A stretch of 61,694 nt of DNA, filler included, from Rhabdomonas costata (GCA_019059605.1; 26 parts of 26 records of this genome joined end to end with filler, not necessarily neighbours in it), one strand, 5' to 3'; numbered from the whole stretch's first letter, positions 33,999 through 47,192 are shown. Made by a program: numbers and translations. The notes: generated by a model from the letters alone, not told the origin.

Positions 33999-36900
33999 GT
34001 CCATGTGTGCACCGTGGACACCCGCATTTTGCGGTGGCCTTACCTCAGGACCCTTGCAGTGCTCAACATTAGTCTTGGGGAGAGCTGCTGAGGCTCACCC
34101 ACCAAAGCAATCCAACTTTCAATGTTTGTTTCAGCCCGGATGGCGACCACCTGCTCTTCTGCCGAGACAATACAGCGGTGCTTTGGGGACTTGCTCAGTG
34201 GGTTGTCCATGATGACTCACCGGAACCACCTCCGTGGTCGTCATTTTTTTTTCGCATTGTTGTTTTTTATTTTCCTTTTTGATCTGAGAACTGATCGAGG
34301 AAAGTATGAAATCCCATGTGTCGCTGCTTAGGATATTCAGCACTCACTGCGCCAATCCTTGGGAGCTCTTCCATTAGGTCTCGGCTCGTACAGAAATCGC
34401 ACACTCGGGCAGTGCGGTCACCAGAGCCCATACCGACCCGTGGGGCTTCCCCTGCACCTTCTGCACCACCTTCCCACCTTCTGGCCCACCTTCTGCAGTG
34501 CAAGGGCCTCCCCCACCACAACAAACCAGCTCAGCTCGCAGCTACCCAGCTTCTCATATCTCACCATAGAACGCGCTATGCCCACACGACACACTTCCGG
34601 GTTGCGGGCCACATTCTGTGGGGGTGGAGAGGGTTCAGTGGCCCCGTAGAAAGTTCCGACATGGGTGTTCCCGAAATCATCGGTGTGACGGCGTTGCTTG
34701 CCGAGGTCCATTCCGAAACACTGACAAAGCGCAGCTCACGGCGCTCGGGCTGGTCGCAGCTTTGAGGGACGTTCAACAACGCAAAGGCGGAGTCCCCCAC
34801 GACCTTGTCCAGCATGCCCTGCCACTCGTTTACCTTATGCCCAAGGCTAATTTAGCGGCAGTGTTGGCAAGAGACCTTCAAGAAAGAAGTATTGCCATGT
34901 GACCATATGAGTATAGGCACCAGATGATACTAACATGGTGCAAGGCAACGTAGCAACGTACAATTCACACAAAAGCGGACTCTTAAGAAGAAGCAAACCA
35001 GAAGCGGAAAGAACCCCAAAAAAACTACCAGGCAGCGGTCTTGTTATCTTATCCCGTAAAGTGAAGCCTGTTCAGCCACAGAGCAAGTATGTTTGTCCCA
35101 GAACGCACGAAAATAACTCCAACACAAATTTTTGCACCCGCTTTAATCATGGTCATTCCCCACTTGGACAACTTGGGGAAGGCGATTCAGCCAGGTCAGG
35201 GTGGGTTGAAGGTGGCAAGGGAGACGAATCCTGTAGCGGCTAGCATTCATCAAAAACCAACCAGAATCTACGAGAGAATCACAAAATGAAGATTGGGTGC
35301 AAGCACTGCTAAACGTTTAGGTCAGAACGCAAGGGCGATGAACGGTTCCCAGCTGGCAATACAAAAGGAATTCGATTAGGTTCGGTGCGAAGCGCGGAGG
35401 CCAGTCCGCTGCCCGGCCGGAGCGGGCGGATGGGTTGGGACGATTTATGACCGTTTAGCACTACTAAACGTTTAACGCCCCCCCCCCACACACACACACA
35501 CTTTCAGGGTTGCTGCGAGAAGGCAGTTGCCAACTCACAAAAGAAAGACCACACAAANNNNNNNNNNNNNNNNNNNNNNNNNNNNNNNNNNNNNNNNNNN
35601 NTTAATTAATTAANNNNNNNNNNNNNNNNNNNNNNNNNNNNNNNNNNNNNNNNNNNNTGCTGCAGTTAAGAGAACAGTTTTTCCATTACAGATGTTGCTG
35701 TTAAGTGCCGGGGAAAACGAAAACTTGTGTCTAGCGCGACATAGGGAAATCAAAACCGCGTCTTTTGTCTCGGAAGCGAGCAAGTCAACCTTGTCATTTC
35801 GGGTGTTCTTCTGTTGCAAATGAGACCCAGCTGGCTGAACCATGTAAATCCGATCCAAGAATTCCCACCCCGCCCATGCCACAAAATAAATCCGATTGCA
35901 GAAAAAAGCTGTTGAGGCCTCAAGTGGAACACCACCCAAGCGAATTTCCAAAGTCACGGAAGTCATTCAAATGTCCATGACGAGCCCAGTCCCCACGAAA
36001 GCATCGCATGCTTAAACTGTACAAGAAGTCCACTGGTTGCTCCAAAGCCGATCAGTTGCACCTGAACAAAAACGTGCTGACAAAAATTAATTCAAAAACA
36101 AAAATATGACAAGTCATGGTCGCTGAACTTGGGGGGAAAGCTACCTATTCTTTGGAGACGGGCACGGCCTCGAGTTGACCGGAATATACTGTTCCGGCAT
36201 AAACCAGGATCCCCCAGGTAACGAGCCAAAGCAGCGCCCTATTCCTGAACTCCTTCCAGGCTTGATATTGACTCAGCGGTTTCTCTGAAAACAGAAAGAA
36301 GAGAACATGAGAATGTAGGAAAAGAAAACACGAAGTGCTGTATGTGTTAGTCGAAGCCATCTCAGCGCTTGTGGAAAGCCAAAGGAGGTTGGATGGCAGT
36401 GGCAACCGTGGGCGCTTTCTTCGCTATGGTGAGCACACTATTCATGTTAACCTTTTGATTGGTGCCGCCCTCCACCAACCAACGCGCTGCCCAAGCTGCG
36501 GGGACCCCAAGTCAGGAGGAGATGGTAAAGCCTTCCCTCCAGAGCTTCCGTGCTCACCGCTGTCTCCTCTCTGGTCACGACCTCCCATCCGCCACAGACA
36601 TGCCCATGTGCACATGTCATCTCGCACTCCTTCCCCCCTCACTTCCCGGACCGTTTCTGCTGCCTTCAGGTTTCCGTTTTGTTTCCCGCGGACGTAATTT
36701 CTACTCTTTTTTTTGTGCTCTCGAGGAAAACAACGGTTTCCGATGTTTCAAAAACCATATTGGGATGTTTCCAACGGAAACTTTTTTCTCCCCGCAACAA
36801 CAAGACAACAGGGTCAGAAAGAAGGCACGGAACCGCACCGTTCAACTCTAAGACTGACTCCTGAGGTCACGGGGAAAACACCAAATTTTATTCGAAATTA

Positions 36901-37752
36901 AATCCGTAGTAAATTGAGGATTTATTTTTGCTTGGAGAGCCTCACCGTTCGAAATCCGGCCAAGCTCATTCTCACTGGTTTCGTGCATTCAGAAGAATAA
37001 AGCAATAAATTAAAATCCTGGCAAACTCACAAAAAGGATTACAGAACACACCCCGCTGACCCATTCCCTGAAGCAGCTGCAACATTTTGCTGGCTTTAGC
37101 GTCTGTCTTCACACCCTACCAATTTCGATGCCGGGCCACAACGAACGCGAGAGCGAGCACGAGCAGGTTCCCATCTCTCAGCTGAAGCAAAAGGTTTGCT
37201 TTATGGGGATGGCTTTAGTTTTTGGAAAATTGACCTTTAAGCATGTAACAGGAGTTCAATCGGCGGAAAACTTCAGAATAGTGTGTTTCTTGATGTGCTT
37301 TGTTTCACGTGTATGTCGTTTCCCCACTTTTAAACAACCAACTCGTGATGAAAAGTAAAGGCTATAACGGTAAGAGGGTGCAAGTGAATAGTTACAATTG
37401 CATTTGAAAGCGCAGCGCAGGTTCACAGAATCATCGTCGATGGGGAAGTCGACCACTCACCCAGAGGTTCACACAAGCTGCGTTCTGTTTCTGCAAATCG
37501 CAGACACCTTCGCGCCCTGATGAGGTCAAGAAGGGGTGGATAGGCAATTTGCGCAGCGGAAGCGGAACTTTTGGGAAACAACTTGGATTCAAGGATGTTG
37601 AGCGCCCAGGGCTCTCCGTTCCTCCCCCACTGAGTACTCCTGAGCGACTGCCGTTACTTTTTTCACGACCCCAATCCAGGCCTGCGGATTCGTCCCTCCC
37701 GCGCGATGTTTTCGCTTTACTTTGCTTCAGCATCGCACCCGGATGTTGGAGG

Positions 37753-37763
37753 GCGCGCGCGCG

Positions 37764-37815
<52 letters not shown>
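37753..37815. repeat. Compound (GC)n(AC)n microsatellite
   Basis: About 63 bp of uninterrupted alternating purine-pyrimidine sequence, which is Z-DNA-prone. Confidence 0.95.
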
Positions 37816-37816
<1 letters not shown>

Positions 37817-38055
37817 GCGCAGGGCCAACGGGAAGCCAAGGTATTCGCAGACGCACCAGGGCAAAGAGTCAGTAAGGCAACCTCGAGGTACCGGAGGCTC
37901 AGCGGACGAGGTCAGGAATAGCCCGTACCGCAAAGACAGAGCGAAGTNNNNNNNNNNNNNNNNNNNNNNNNNNNNNNNNNNNNNNNNNNNNTTAATTAAT
38001 TAANNNNNNNNNNNNNNNNNNNNNNNNNNNNNNNNNNNNNNNNNNNNGGGTGGTG

Positions 38056-38239
38056 TGGAGAAGGGATGACGGACAGCATCCGAAGGACTATTGTAGGGCG
38101 TGAGCCATACCCTCCAGAGACGGAGGTTGTACCACTCATTTTGCCCAGTGAGAAAATCAGTGGTACAACCTCCGTCTCTGGAGGGTATGGCTCACGCCCT
38201 ACAATAGCCCTTCGGATGCTGTCCGTCATCCCTTCTCCG
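38056..38239. repeat. Contig-start inverted repeat (fold-back)
   Basis: Arms of about 80 bp (ggagaagggatgacggacagcatccgaagg...gttgtaccact and its reverse complement) with one mismatch and a short loop. Confidence 0.9.
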
Positions 38240-38830
38240 CACCCGCTGCAAAGACGGCCCCAAAGGAAGTGCTTTCTACTGTGCAGGCAGGGCTCTGTCG
38301 AGCAGCTTCCTCCGTTTCGACAAACCTGCTCCCATCGGCTCGGAATGATCGGAATGTGCTGGGATGCTTCGGTATGTAGCTGCCCTGGGGGGAGGGCTTT
38401 TTTCAAGTCGGACTCGACAACATGCGCACAGTCCCACCAGATACTACGCACAAAGTTCCGACTCACGGCAACGACATTTCTTGCCAGGCACCTCATAAAT
38501 TCAAAAGCAGGGTAGCGAGGCAGGGAGTATTTTGCCCCTCAATCCTCGCCCCCACACATGGAAGCCTCGTTTGGGGACTTCTGCCTCAAACGACTCCTTT
38601 GGACAAACAATTGGGAGCGAAAGATGATGTTCTGATCCCCATCGCTCATCTTAGCTGTGGCTACCATTGAGTTGCGGAAGCAAATAGAAAAAGACACAGT
38701 CGTGGTTCAAAGCAGCCAACAAAATGACCATAAATGCAACAACCACAGCGATTGCACGTACAATCCAACAAGAGAAGCGAAGCAGCCCCCAGTCACTCGC
38801 ACACACCTCCTGGCACAAACTCACAACAAA

Positions 38831-38863
38831 TCATCATCATCACCACCACCACCACCACCACCA
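38831..38863. repeat. (CAT/CAC)n trinucleotide repeat
   Basis: tcatcatcatcaccaccaccaccaccaccacca, seen directly. Confidence 0.9.
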
Positions 38864-39068
38864 CAAACACACCACCGCAATACACATTTTAGGAGGCGTG
38901 CGAATGCCTGAGGGTGCGTGCCATCGCTCAAAGCACACCAAAAAGATGCACTCACAAAAAAAGAAGAAGAAGGGAGCACAAAAAAAGCAAATGCGATCAA
39001 AAAAGAAACGCCCATGTCCGTGGAAACCAAAGAGAAAGCCTACTCCGCACCAATTGGAGGCAACAAGG

Positions 39069-39945
39069 TTAGCTGATGCAGCAGCGGCAGACAAAGCGGG
39101 CTTTCGCAGGTGGTTGTGGTTGTACAGGGACAGCAGCCACAGCGGCGGCAGGAGGAGGGCCACAGGCCTCCTTGCCCTGCTTGTTGTCCGGCGGGCCATA
39201 CCGAGGGGGCTCAAGCTCTTTTAGGTCCAGAAGGCTCAGGGTGTCCTTCTTCGCCAAGCTCTGAAAGTCTCCATTCACAAACATCTGCGAGAAACGAGGA
39301 AACGACGGGAATGAATGACGCTTATCTTCGAGCTGAACACCCACTACCGTCTGATGCGCCCCAGCCTGAAAGTACCAGCGCCCCGGGCACTGGGGAAAAT
39401 GCACCTTCGCTCTGTCCTTTGGGTTGCCGATCCGTTGTGCCGATTTACCCCACAGAGATGAAACCCGCAAACGAAGTAGACCCAAAGCAGATACAATTTA
39501 GCTTAAAAATTATGCTCGTCCTACCCTTCGGAGGCTCGCCAGGCAGAGCATCGGTGACCGCCCCCTCTTCTCGAGCCTGTGGAGAAAATCCCCTTCTCGG
39601 GGTGCCCATTCTTGCCCCGTGCTGTCCAATTTGTAATTTTCTCGTTACTGTGTCTTTTCCACACTTCACGTTCCAATTCTCCGTTTTGACTCACCCCTCT
39701 CCCCGCTTCCCCTGAACGCAGACCTCGCATCGCTGGCGGTAGCGCTGGGCCAGCACCCGTACGTTGGCAAGCACCTCCGGGCAAGCGCCCGTCTCGGTAC
39801 CCGCTGCACCTGGGCGCCCGCCGCGCTCCATTGCCACACAGTCGGAGAAAAGCGCCTTCGTCGGTTCCAGGCCGTACCACGGCCCGGCCAGCTGCATCGC
39901 CACCGCGCCCACCGTGTCCGTGTCGCCCCCCACGGCGAGCACCAG
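39069..39945 (-). CDS. ADP-ribosylglycohydrolase (DraG/ARH family), last two exons
   Basis: Exon 39945-39724 (LVLAVGGDTDTVGAVAMQLAGPWYG) carries the GGDTDT..A...LAGA.YG metal-binding motif. It splices GT-AG in phase 0 to exon 39284-39069, ending ...KARFVCRCCIS-TAA. Confidence 0.85.
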
Positions 39946-40225
39946 CTGTGCAGTTTTCATTTTCGTTTGGTTCCATGCCAAGGAACTACCCATGTGGGAA
40001 ACTGCGGGATGTTCCTGGGTGGACTGAAAAACGAAGCCAACCCTTCACTTTATTCCCATCCCAGCGTTCCGGCATCTTCGGCGCATCTTTTGGAAAGGAA
40101 CCTATCTTGAAGAGGCGCAGGTAGTTTCTGGCTATTTCTAACGACGGTGTGATTATGAACGTTTTCTCCAGGCACGCCTTCCCATTATGAGATGACCGAT
40201 TTTAAGGGTTCTGGTTGCAGACAGG

Positions 40226-40313
40226 GAATGATGGAGAGATGGAGAGGCTGCAGGCAGCCCTAACTTTCCGGGATGGGAGGGCTGCCTGCAGCCTCTCCAT
40301 CTCTCCATCATTC
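40226..40313. repeat. Contig-end inverted repeat (fold-back)
   Basis: ggaatgatggagagatggagaggctgcaggcagccct pairs with agggctgcctgcagcctctccatctctccatcattcc. Confidence 0.9.
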
Positions 40314-40428
40314 CCCCCACAACNNNNNNNNNNNNNNNNNNNNNNNNNNNNNNNNNNNNNNNNNNNNTTAATTAATTAANNNNNNNNNNNNNNNNNNNNN
40401 NNNNNNNNNNNNNNNNNNNNNNNGTGGG

Positions 40429-40573
40429 GGTGTACATTTTTGGTGGACGAGTGAATGAGTTTCAAGTCTCCAACGACCTGTTTGTGCAGGACAGGGCATA
40501 ATCCACCTGGGTCCAGGACAAACAGGTCGTTGGAGACTTGAAACTCATTCACTCGTCCGCCAAAAATGTACAC
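40429..40573. repeat. Contig-start fold-back that duplicates a kelch exon in reverse
   Basis: 40430-40485 is an almost exact reverse complement of the exon sequence at 40517-40573. Confidence 0.9.
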
Positions 40574-41338
40574 CTTCACGAAAGCACAAACAACGTCTGT
40601 CCCACATAACCAAAACAAAGTCACTGCCAGCCTTTTTGAAAGACGATGGTTCTTGTCTTTTTCTTTTTGAAAAGTACACACAACCGACACCCACCTTAGC
40701 GTTGGGCGAATATGGGACTCATATAACAGCCGTAATTTTCGAGCAACTAACCTTAATTTTTGAATTATTCGGAGAAGTAAAAGGCAGTTGTGATGCAACA
40801 ACAACACAGTGCATTGCCAATGTTAACAGCAGCACTTTTTTCTGGTTCCTATTGCATTTTTAAAGGTGAACAATTGATACTGTCATGATCTGTAATCATG
40901 ACATCGTATCACCAAGGGGAGGGGCAGAGTGTGAAGTTTCAGACACCTTTGGTTGTCAACCACTTGGGTCAGATGTGCGCACGCGTCTGATTTGTGATCG
41001 CAGAAATCATGCCTTGTTGTTATGAACAACGGCTGAATGATAGCTTCTTGGTAGAGGCACTTGGACCTCTTGACGAAAGATCTCGTTCGTCCATTTCTTC
41101 AGAGCTGAGGAAGCCGAATCAAGTTTCCACCAACTGCTTATAAACACCACTCTGCACTCAACAAAAATACACAACACACCTGGATGATAGACAGAAACAA
41201 AATCCTCGTTCCATCTTTGAGCATCAGTCCGCCCACCCAAAACAAACAGCTTCGATTCTCCGCCAGCAAGCAGCAGATGACAGGATGATCCTTCTTGGCC
41301 GTTAAGCGGACCCACAGGGTTGAGTTTCTTCCAAGAAA
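40507..41338 (-). CDS. Kelch-repeat protein, 3 exons (partial)
   Basis: Exons 41338-41180 (SWKKL...SKLFVLGGR...VSVYHP), 41104-41013 (LKKW...PLPRSYHSAVVHNNK) and 40573-40507 (VYIFGGRVNEFQVSNDLFVLDP). The spliced product gives the PxPRxxHSAVVxxNKxYIFGG kelch consensus. Confidence 0.9.
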
Positions 41339-43849
41339 CTGCAGCAAATATCAGAGGTATGGTGCGTAAGTAAGCAAACGGGCATCTCCCGAAACGCCGC
41401 CAAATTTGGGTATAACGCGCTAAACAGCAATTGGAAATTGCCTGTTGAATTGAAAACACTTGGTTTAAAGTAACGCGCTTCTCAGGCACGGACAATAAAC
41501 TGGTGGTGGAACAGGGGCGAATCCGCTGAGGAAATTCGGATTTGTGCTAGTCCCGCGACGTTCGTTTTAGTTGGAGAGGTTGGGAAACCTGACGAACATG
41601 AGACAAAAGGGTATTGTGTTATTTCATCATACAGGGTCCTTGCTTCTCCGCCTGCCTCAGTTGGATGTGTCCAACTTTTTCTGTGAGCATTTGTTACCAG
41701 GTTCGTGGTTGTTCTCTTCTATCGGCTGGGAGCCGCACCTTTGGCTGTGGTCGCATTCCATTCGGGTGATCCTGGTCTCCTTTCCTTGCACAAAACACTC
41801 TCGCGCGCATACTCTCTACTGTGACCCCTCTCCATTCAGTATTCACTTCTCTTCTTTCGGTATTATTCTTTGACTTCGGGACTTGACGATATTCTTGTGC
41901 ATTCTCCTGCACGTGCCGATCGTCACTTCCTTTCCTCCGTCCGCATCTCATTGCGTCCGCAGGTCTTCCGTTGACCATAAATCCGAGCTCAGCGCATCCA
42001 TCATGGCACTCTCTCTAATACTCTCTCCTTGCCAAGGCTCTTCAACATCTTTGGTTTCTTATTTGTCGTGGGCCTCTCCGCCCTACTTTTGCAACGCCTC
42101 CTCGGGTTCTAGCAAAGGCTCCTTGCCCCGTGTTGTTTCCGCGCCGTTTCTCGCCCCAGTTATCAGCTCCTTTTCCAGCCACGCTTTCCCGATCTCCGCC
42201 TGGATTGCCACGTGTTGTTGTGAACAACGAAACAGCTTACCACAGTGTCCTCAAAGGGAAAGTTTCCGGTTGGGTCTGGGCGCGTGTGCGTCTGGAGTGA
42301 GGGTCACTTCCTCCGCTTCTAATCCCGCACATTTCACCTTCCCATTCCATCCCGTTTTTATGTGCTTTCACGTTTATATCATTTGCGGAGGCAGCCGAAC
42401 GGTGCATATGTTGCAATGTTGCAGGCTTCCTTTTCACGGTGTAGGTATATTGTAATCATAACGACAGAAAAATAAAACCTTTTAATACTTCTGCGTCGCA
42501 GAAGATCAGAAACAATAATCCCAACAGGATGTTGACAAACATTGCCATTAGGAATTTGAGAGCAACGCGTGTATAAACCCGAAAATACCCATTAAAAACA
42601 CACGGAAAGCAAGCTGTTTTCAAAAAGCCTCCTTCTCAATCTGTCGGTATACTGAATAGGCGTATTGCAGATTGAATCCTCTATTTTGCTCCCTTACCGN
42701 NNNNNNNNNNNNNNNNNNNNNNNNNNNNNNNNNNNNNNNNNNNTTAATTAATTAANNNNNNNNNNNNNNNNNNNNNNNNNNNNNNNNNNNNNNNNNNNNG
42801 TTTTTTTGGGGGAGGCGTGCCTCACTTCTCTCTAACCTTGAGAGGGTACCTTCGTGTTTCACTTTTGTCGGTCTTCACCGGCACTTCTTGCTTCTTGGGT
42901 GTCCAACCAACGAGGCAGAAGAGAAGTCAAGGCATAACTTTGCAGAGTGAAGCTTATGATGGGCAAAATGATAAAAGTTAATAACGTGAATGACCCTGAC
43001 TGGAAAGTGTCATCCGTTCGGTGCAGTGTACACTCTTGTAACTTGTGGGGCCCTGTCTGTGCGAGCGCGTCCCTCTGGTGTGTGAAAAATATTTTAAAAA
43101 CAGTGGGGCGTTGCTCCACCGGTTACCATGAGAGGAAGAGAGGGATTAAAGAAATCGAAAAAATTATGAGATGAAAACCTTTTGGCCTTTCTTCCGCTCT
43201 CGGTGAAGATGGGCCCCAGAGGATATACAATCAAACTCATTTTAAAAGTTCGTTGGTTTGAAAATCCGAAGCACGAGTAAAACCTTTTCTTTTCAAAATC
43301 AATGAAAACGTGCCACCACTGACCATTTTTTGTAAAATCATCCCCCTCTTCAAGCCTGATATTAATATCTGCTGGATATCCGCTGAATATCCCCCGGGAC
43401 ACCCGGGGGCATTTAGACCCACCGCCGGCGGCCACCCTGAGGGACAAGAGGCTTTTGGATTGTGTGGGCCTCTGCTACGCCACGCCGCGGGACCCGAGGC
43501 AGAGGGTGACCGACACAGCGTTCAACCGAGCGTTCAACTCGTGACGTTAAAAAACTCTTTGGAGAAGGAAGAAAGGGTGCCTGCCCAACAACCAGAAGAG
43601 GAGGTTATAATGTGCAGGGTGGAGGTTATAATGCGCAGGAGAAAGAAATAATGTGCAGGGAGGAGGTTATATTCCGAACTCTTTCAGATATTCTGATATG
43701 CGCATGCGTGCTGCGTCCCTCCCTGCCAGGTTCGTTACAGGCGTGTGGGGCAAGATGGGTGTAGGTAGGATCGCGATTGTAGCTCAGCGTGAGCTTTTTG
43801 ATGAATGCATTGATTTCCGGGAGCGCTACTCGTCACCAAACGGCCGGGC

Positions 43850-44380
43850 ACTTCTGGCAAATGGCTTGTCTCCCGCTGGGTTTGCTGCGAAAACTGAATG
43901 CGAAAATACTGCCCACGCACGGGCTCCATTGCACGGATGACAATGAGTGGCATTGGAGTTGCCCTTTCAAGTACTGCCGCAGGACAAAGTCCAACACTAA
44001 GTGGGGAAACACTTTCCTAAGTGGTTTGCGATTGGAGCCAGAGAATGTCATACCTTCAAACTCTCTGTTTCCTTTCTGCTTTCCGGTCGAGCCGCCTCCG
44101 CATTCTCCGTATTTTCCTCAGGTGTTTCTCTTTGCCTATTGCAATTGGCAACTGGTGCCACGCCCTCGCGAGTTGCTCACGAAAGAGGAGTGCACAGAAA
44201 TACTACCAATTCAACGTCTTCTGGAGCGAGGAGGTGACACTCCACAAAGAGAACGAAGACTGTCGGACAACGAAAGTACTACACCGGAAAACGTCAGCGA
44301 AAAACAGGTGCCCACTTCCCCCCCCCCCCGTTCTGACTTGACTTCTGCGGGGGGTGGTTGTAGCGGAAGTAAACTCGGCC
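43850..44380 (+). mobile_element. Possible degenerate Merlin/IS1595-like transposase N-terminus
   Basis: DDNEWHWSCPFKYCRRTKS...GNTFLSGLRLEPENV.FLFAYCNW resembles the WxC...C..S...TF..S.L...L..Y.W zinc-ribbon region. It is frameshifted, and I found no intact DDE domain or TIRs. Confidence 0.3.
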
Positions 44381-47192
44381 TGGGTTTTTTGCAACGCGTA
44401 CGGATCAAGATCAGCCACCTCCGGGTCAACGAATAAACCCCTTCATCTTTGTGAGAAGGTAAAGCTTTTCAGTTTGCGAAAATCTGGGTTGCGGAAAGCC
44501 CCCCTTGAACCACTTTTGGTTCACAGACGTGAACCAGAAACGCGCAAGTCGACCGTTTGCTTGTCCTTTCTCTCCCGTCTGTTCTTCTGGATTGGGCGAG
44601 GCTGGGTGTGCAAACTTTGTCTTGTAAACTTTGAACCCAAAACAAATCCATAACTCTAATAACTGACCCTACCCCTAACTCAACGCAACTAACTGTTGCT
44701 CCGAGCAGTGGACCTGTTTTGTGTCCCCAGTGTATCTGAGTGAATCTAATTGAATTATTCATTCATTCATTCATTTAGGATTGCCCACCGAGCGCGTGCA
44801 CTCGAGGGAGACTGGCGAAAACGAGTACCAGGGCCCCCCCGAACCAAGTGGGGTAGCCCCGGGAGGGGCGTTGACAGAGACGACAACCCGCCGTAGTGGC
44901 GGTGAAGAAGAAGAAACTGGAGTGCCACGTGCACCGCGGCCGCCGCCACCGCGACCGCGTCCATTTCCATGAAGGGCGTGGACCGCCCGGTTATGGGCGA
45001 CGAGAGACTGCCCAGCGTCGCGGAGGCGGAGGAGGTGCACACAGATAGCCGCAGAAGGAAGAAATAACCACCACANNNNNNNNNNNNNNNNNNNNNNNNN
45101 NNNNNNNNNNNNNNNNNNNTTAATTAATTAANNNNNNNNNNNNNNNNNNNNNNNNNNNNNNNNNNNNNNNNNNNNGTCATCATTGCATTTTTTAACGACC
45201 TGCAGCGGAGACCGCCCCATCGGAAATGCTCGAGGAGGGGCTTTCTGGTGCCCACCACGGTGTTGCGTATGGGGGGCCCGCCTGGGAAACCGGAGGAGGA
45301 GGTGCCCCTCCTGTCCCGGCTTCCCGCATGTTCTGGTTTTAAAAGCTCACTCTCCACCGTACAAAATCCGGGCAGCCCCCCCCCCACCCCCCCACTGCCA
45401 CCGCTTTCGTTCGTCTCTCTGGAAAAAAGGAGTGGCTTTGGTTTATAATCGGCATCGGGGTCGGTCAGGGGTGCAGTGACGTTCTCCCTCGTTCGCATTT
45501 CCGCTTCGCGTTCTATGATGAGGAACTTCGGTGGTTGGAGGACGGGGGGAGGGGCAAGTGGGAGAAGTCTCCCTCCCATGGCTCGCCTCCAAACCCCATC
45601 CCCTCTGATATGTCACTCCTTCTGTTGTTCCTTGGAAAAGACCCAAGACGGTTCGTCATCGGCTCTTTGTTGGTTAACTGTATTTTTTTGCCATGCTATT
45701 CCCTTATACATTTCCCTCATACAGGTGTCGTATTGTAATGTCTTCGCTATTTTAATTGTTCTTATTATCTTCTTTGAGGGAAGACCAGCGCTTTCCACGC
45801 GCCCCGCTCAATCCCCCCCCCCCTACACACGCGTACACACACAGACACGATGTACAATGAATGTTCGAACGTGTATTGGGTGTGAACGTGGTGTGAACGT
45901 ACCCGCTCAAGTCAAAGCAGATACACTGCTGAGCAATCTCTCCCTGATGATGGGCGAAGGATGTGCAGTTGATATTTTTCACCTCGGTCCCAATAGTTGT
46001 GCTTGGCCTCTAAGGTTAATTATTGGTAGCTGTGCAGCAAATATTTTCTTTAAAAAAAATGTTTGCTGAGGTTGTGTGGTGCAAACGTACACTCTAATTC
46101 GCATTTCTTATCCCATATTATTAGAAATGTATTGCTGGAATTTCGCAGTGGTGAAACGCCATTCCCGTTTTAGGCGTTTAGAGCGGAGCACTCCCCAACT
46201 GCAAACTTTGTGGTGTCATTCTGGTGGCTCACCATGGCTCACCATTGTGGATCTCCCTCGGTTTCGACCCGTTGAGGTGTCTTAGCTCTAAAAATCGCAC
46301 TTTTTTCAGCTCTTTTCGACACATCTTTTAAGAACCCCCAAGGCCTTGTCAAAGAGGCATCTGTCGGTGCGGTGGGCAACCTTTTGGCGCGTGCCTTTCT
46401 TGCGCTCAGCGTTCTCTGAGCAGCGGTGTGCTTCTCTTTGATGTTCTTTCGGCGAGCGCTTCATAAATGTTTGCTGCCGCTGAAGGCGAGCTTGCTCAGG
46501 TGTGCTCCGTGCTCTCCATTTTTGACCGCCATGGAGGAAGGATTTCAGTTAGGAAGATTGGATTGGGAAAAATTGGGAAAAATTGCAGGGCAGAGGACAA
46601 GAAAAATAACAGAGGCAGTAAAGGGAAGAACCACAACCAAAGGATTGATGCTGCCCTTTTCAGTCGCATCTCGCTGCGAAGGCCGAACCTCAATCTTGTC
46701 GAACCTCTGGCCTCTTTGCCATCTTCAGAGCGTGTTTGCATCGGGGCTTCTGTTCGACGGAGGCCAATGGTGGGCCGCATCTCCCCAGCACTGAGGGCGG
46801 AAGTGTGCCGGCGTCCACGGAGGAGCCGGTGTCTGCCACACCGCTGATATGCTCCTTCCCAACAAAACCCTTACAGGTTGCCGTGCCGTGGCAATGGGGG
46901 AAAGGGTTAAGTTCAGCACTGAACACTATGCCCCACCCCCGCTGGTTATCTAGTCCTATGTGGGTGGCTCTTTTCTCCTTTCACAGGCAACGCCCGCTTT
47001 TATACTCCCTGGGTTTTGTGGCACATTTTTAAGCTTTGCGTTGTGTAATGCACCCAGTGGAGTTGTCGATCTTGCGTACAGTGGGCATTTAGGGACAAAT
47101 AGTTTTCGGCTTGACGTTCTGTGGTCTGCTTGTGCTTGAGCATTTGTGAACGTTTGTCACCTGTGATGTTGGTAGTGATGCGCTTTCTGTAG

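Noticed and set aside
41880..42215. Glu/Lys-rich minus-strand frame resembling a coiled-coil protein
   Set aside because: It is interrupted by TAG, TAA and TGA, is purine-rich low-complexity sequence, and has no recognisable homology.
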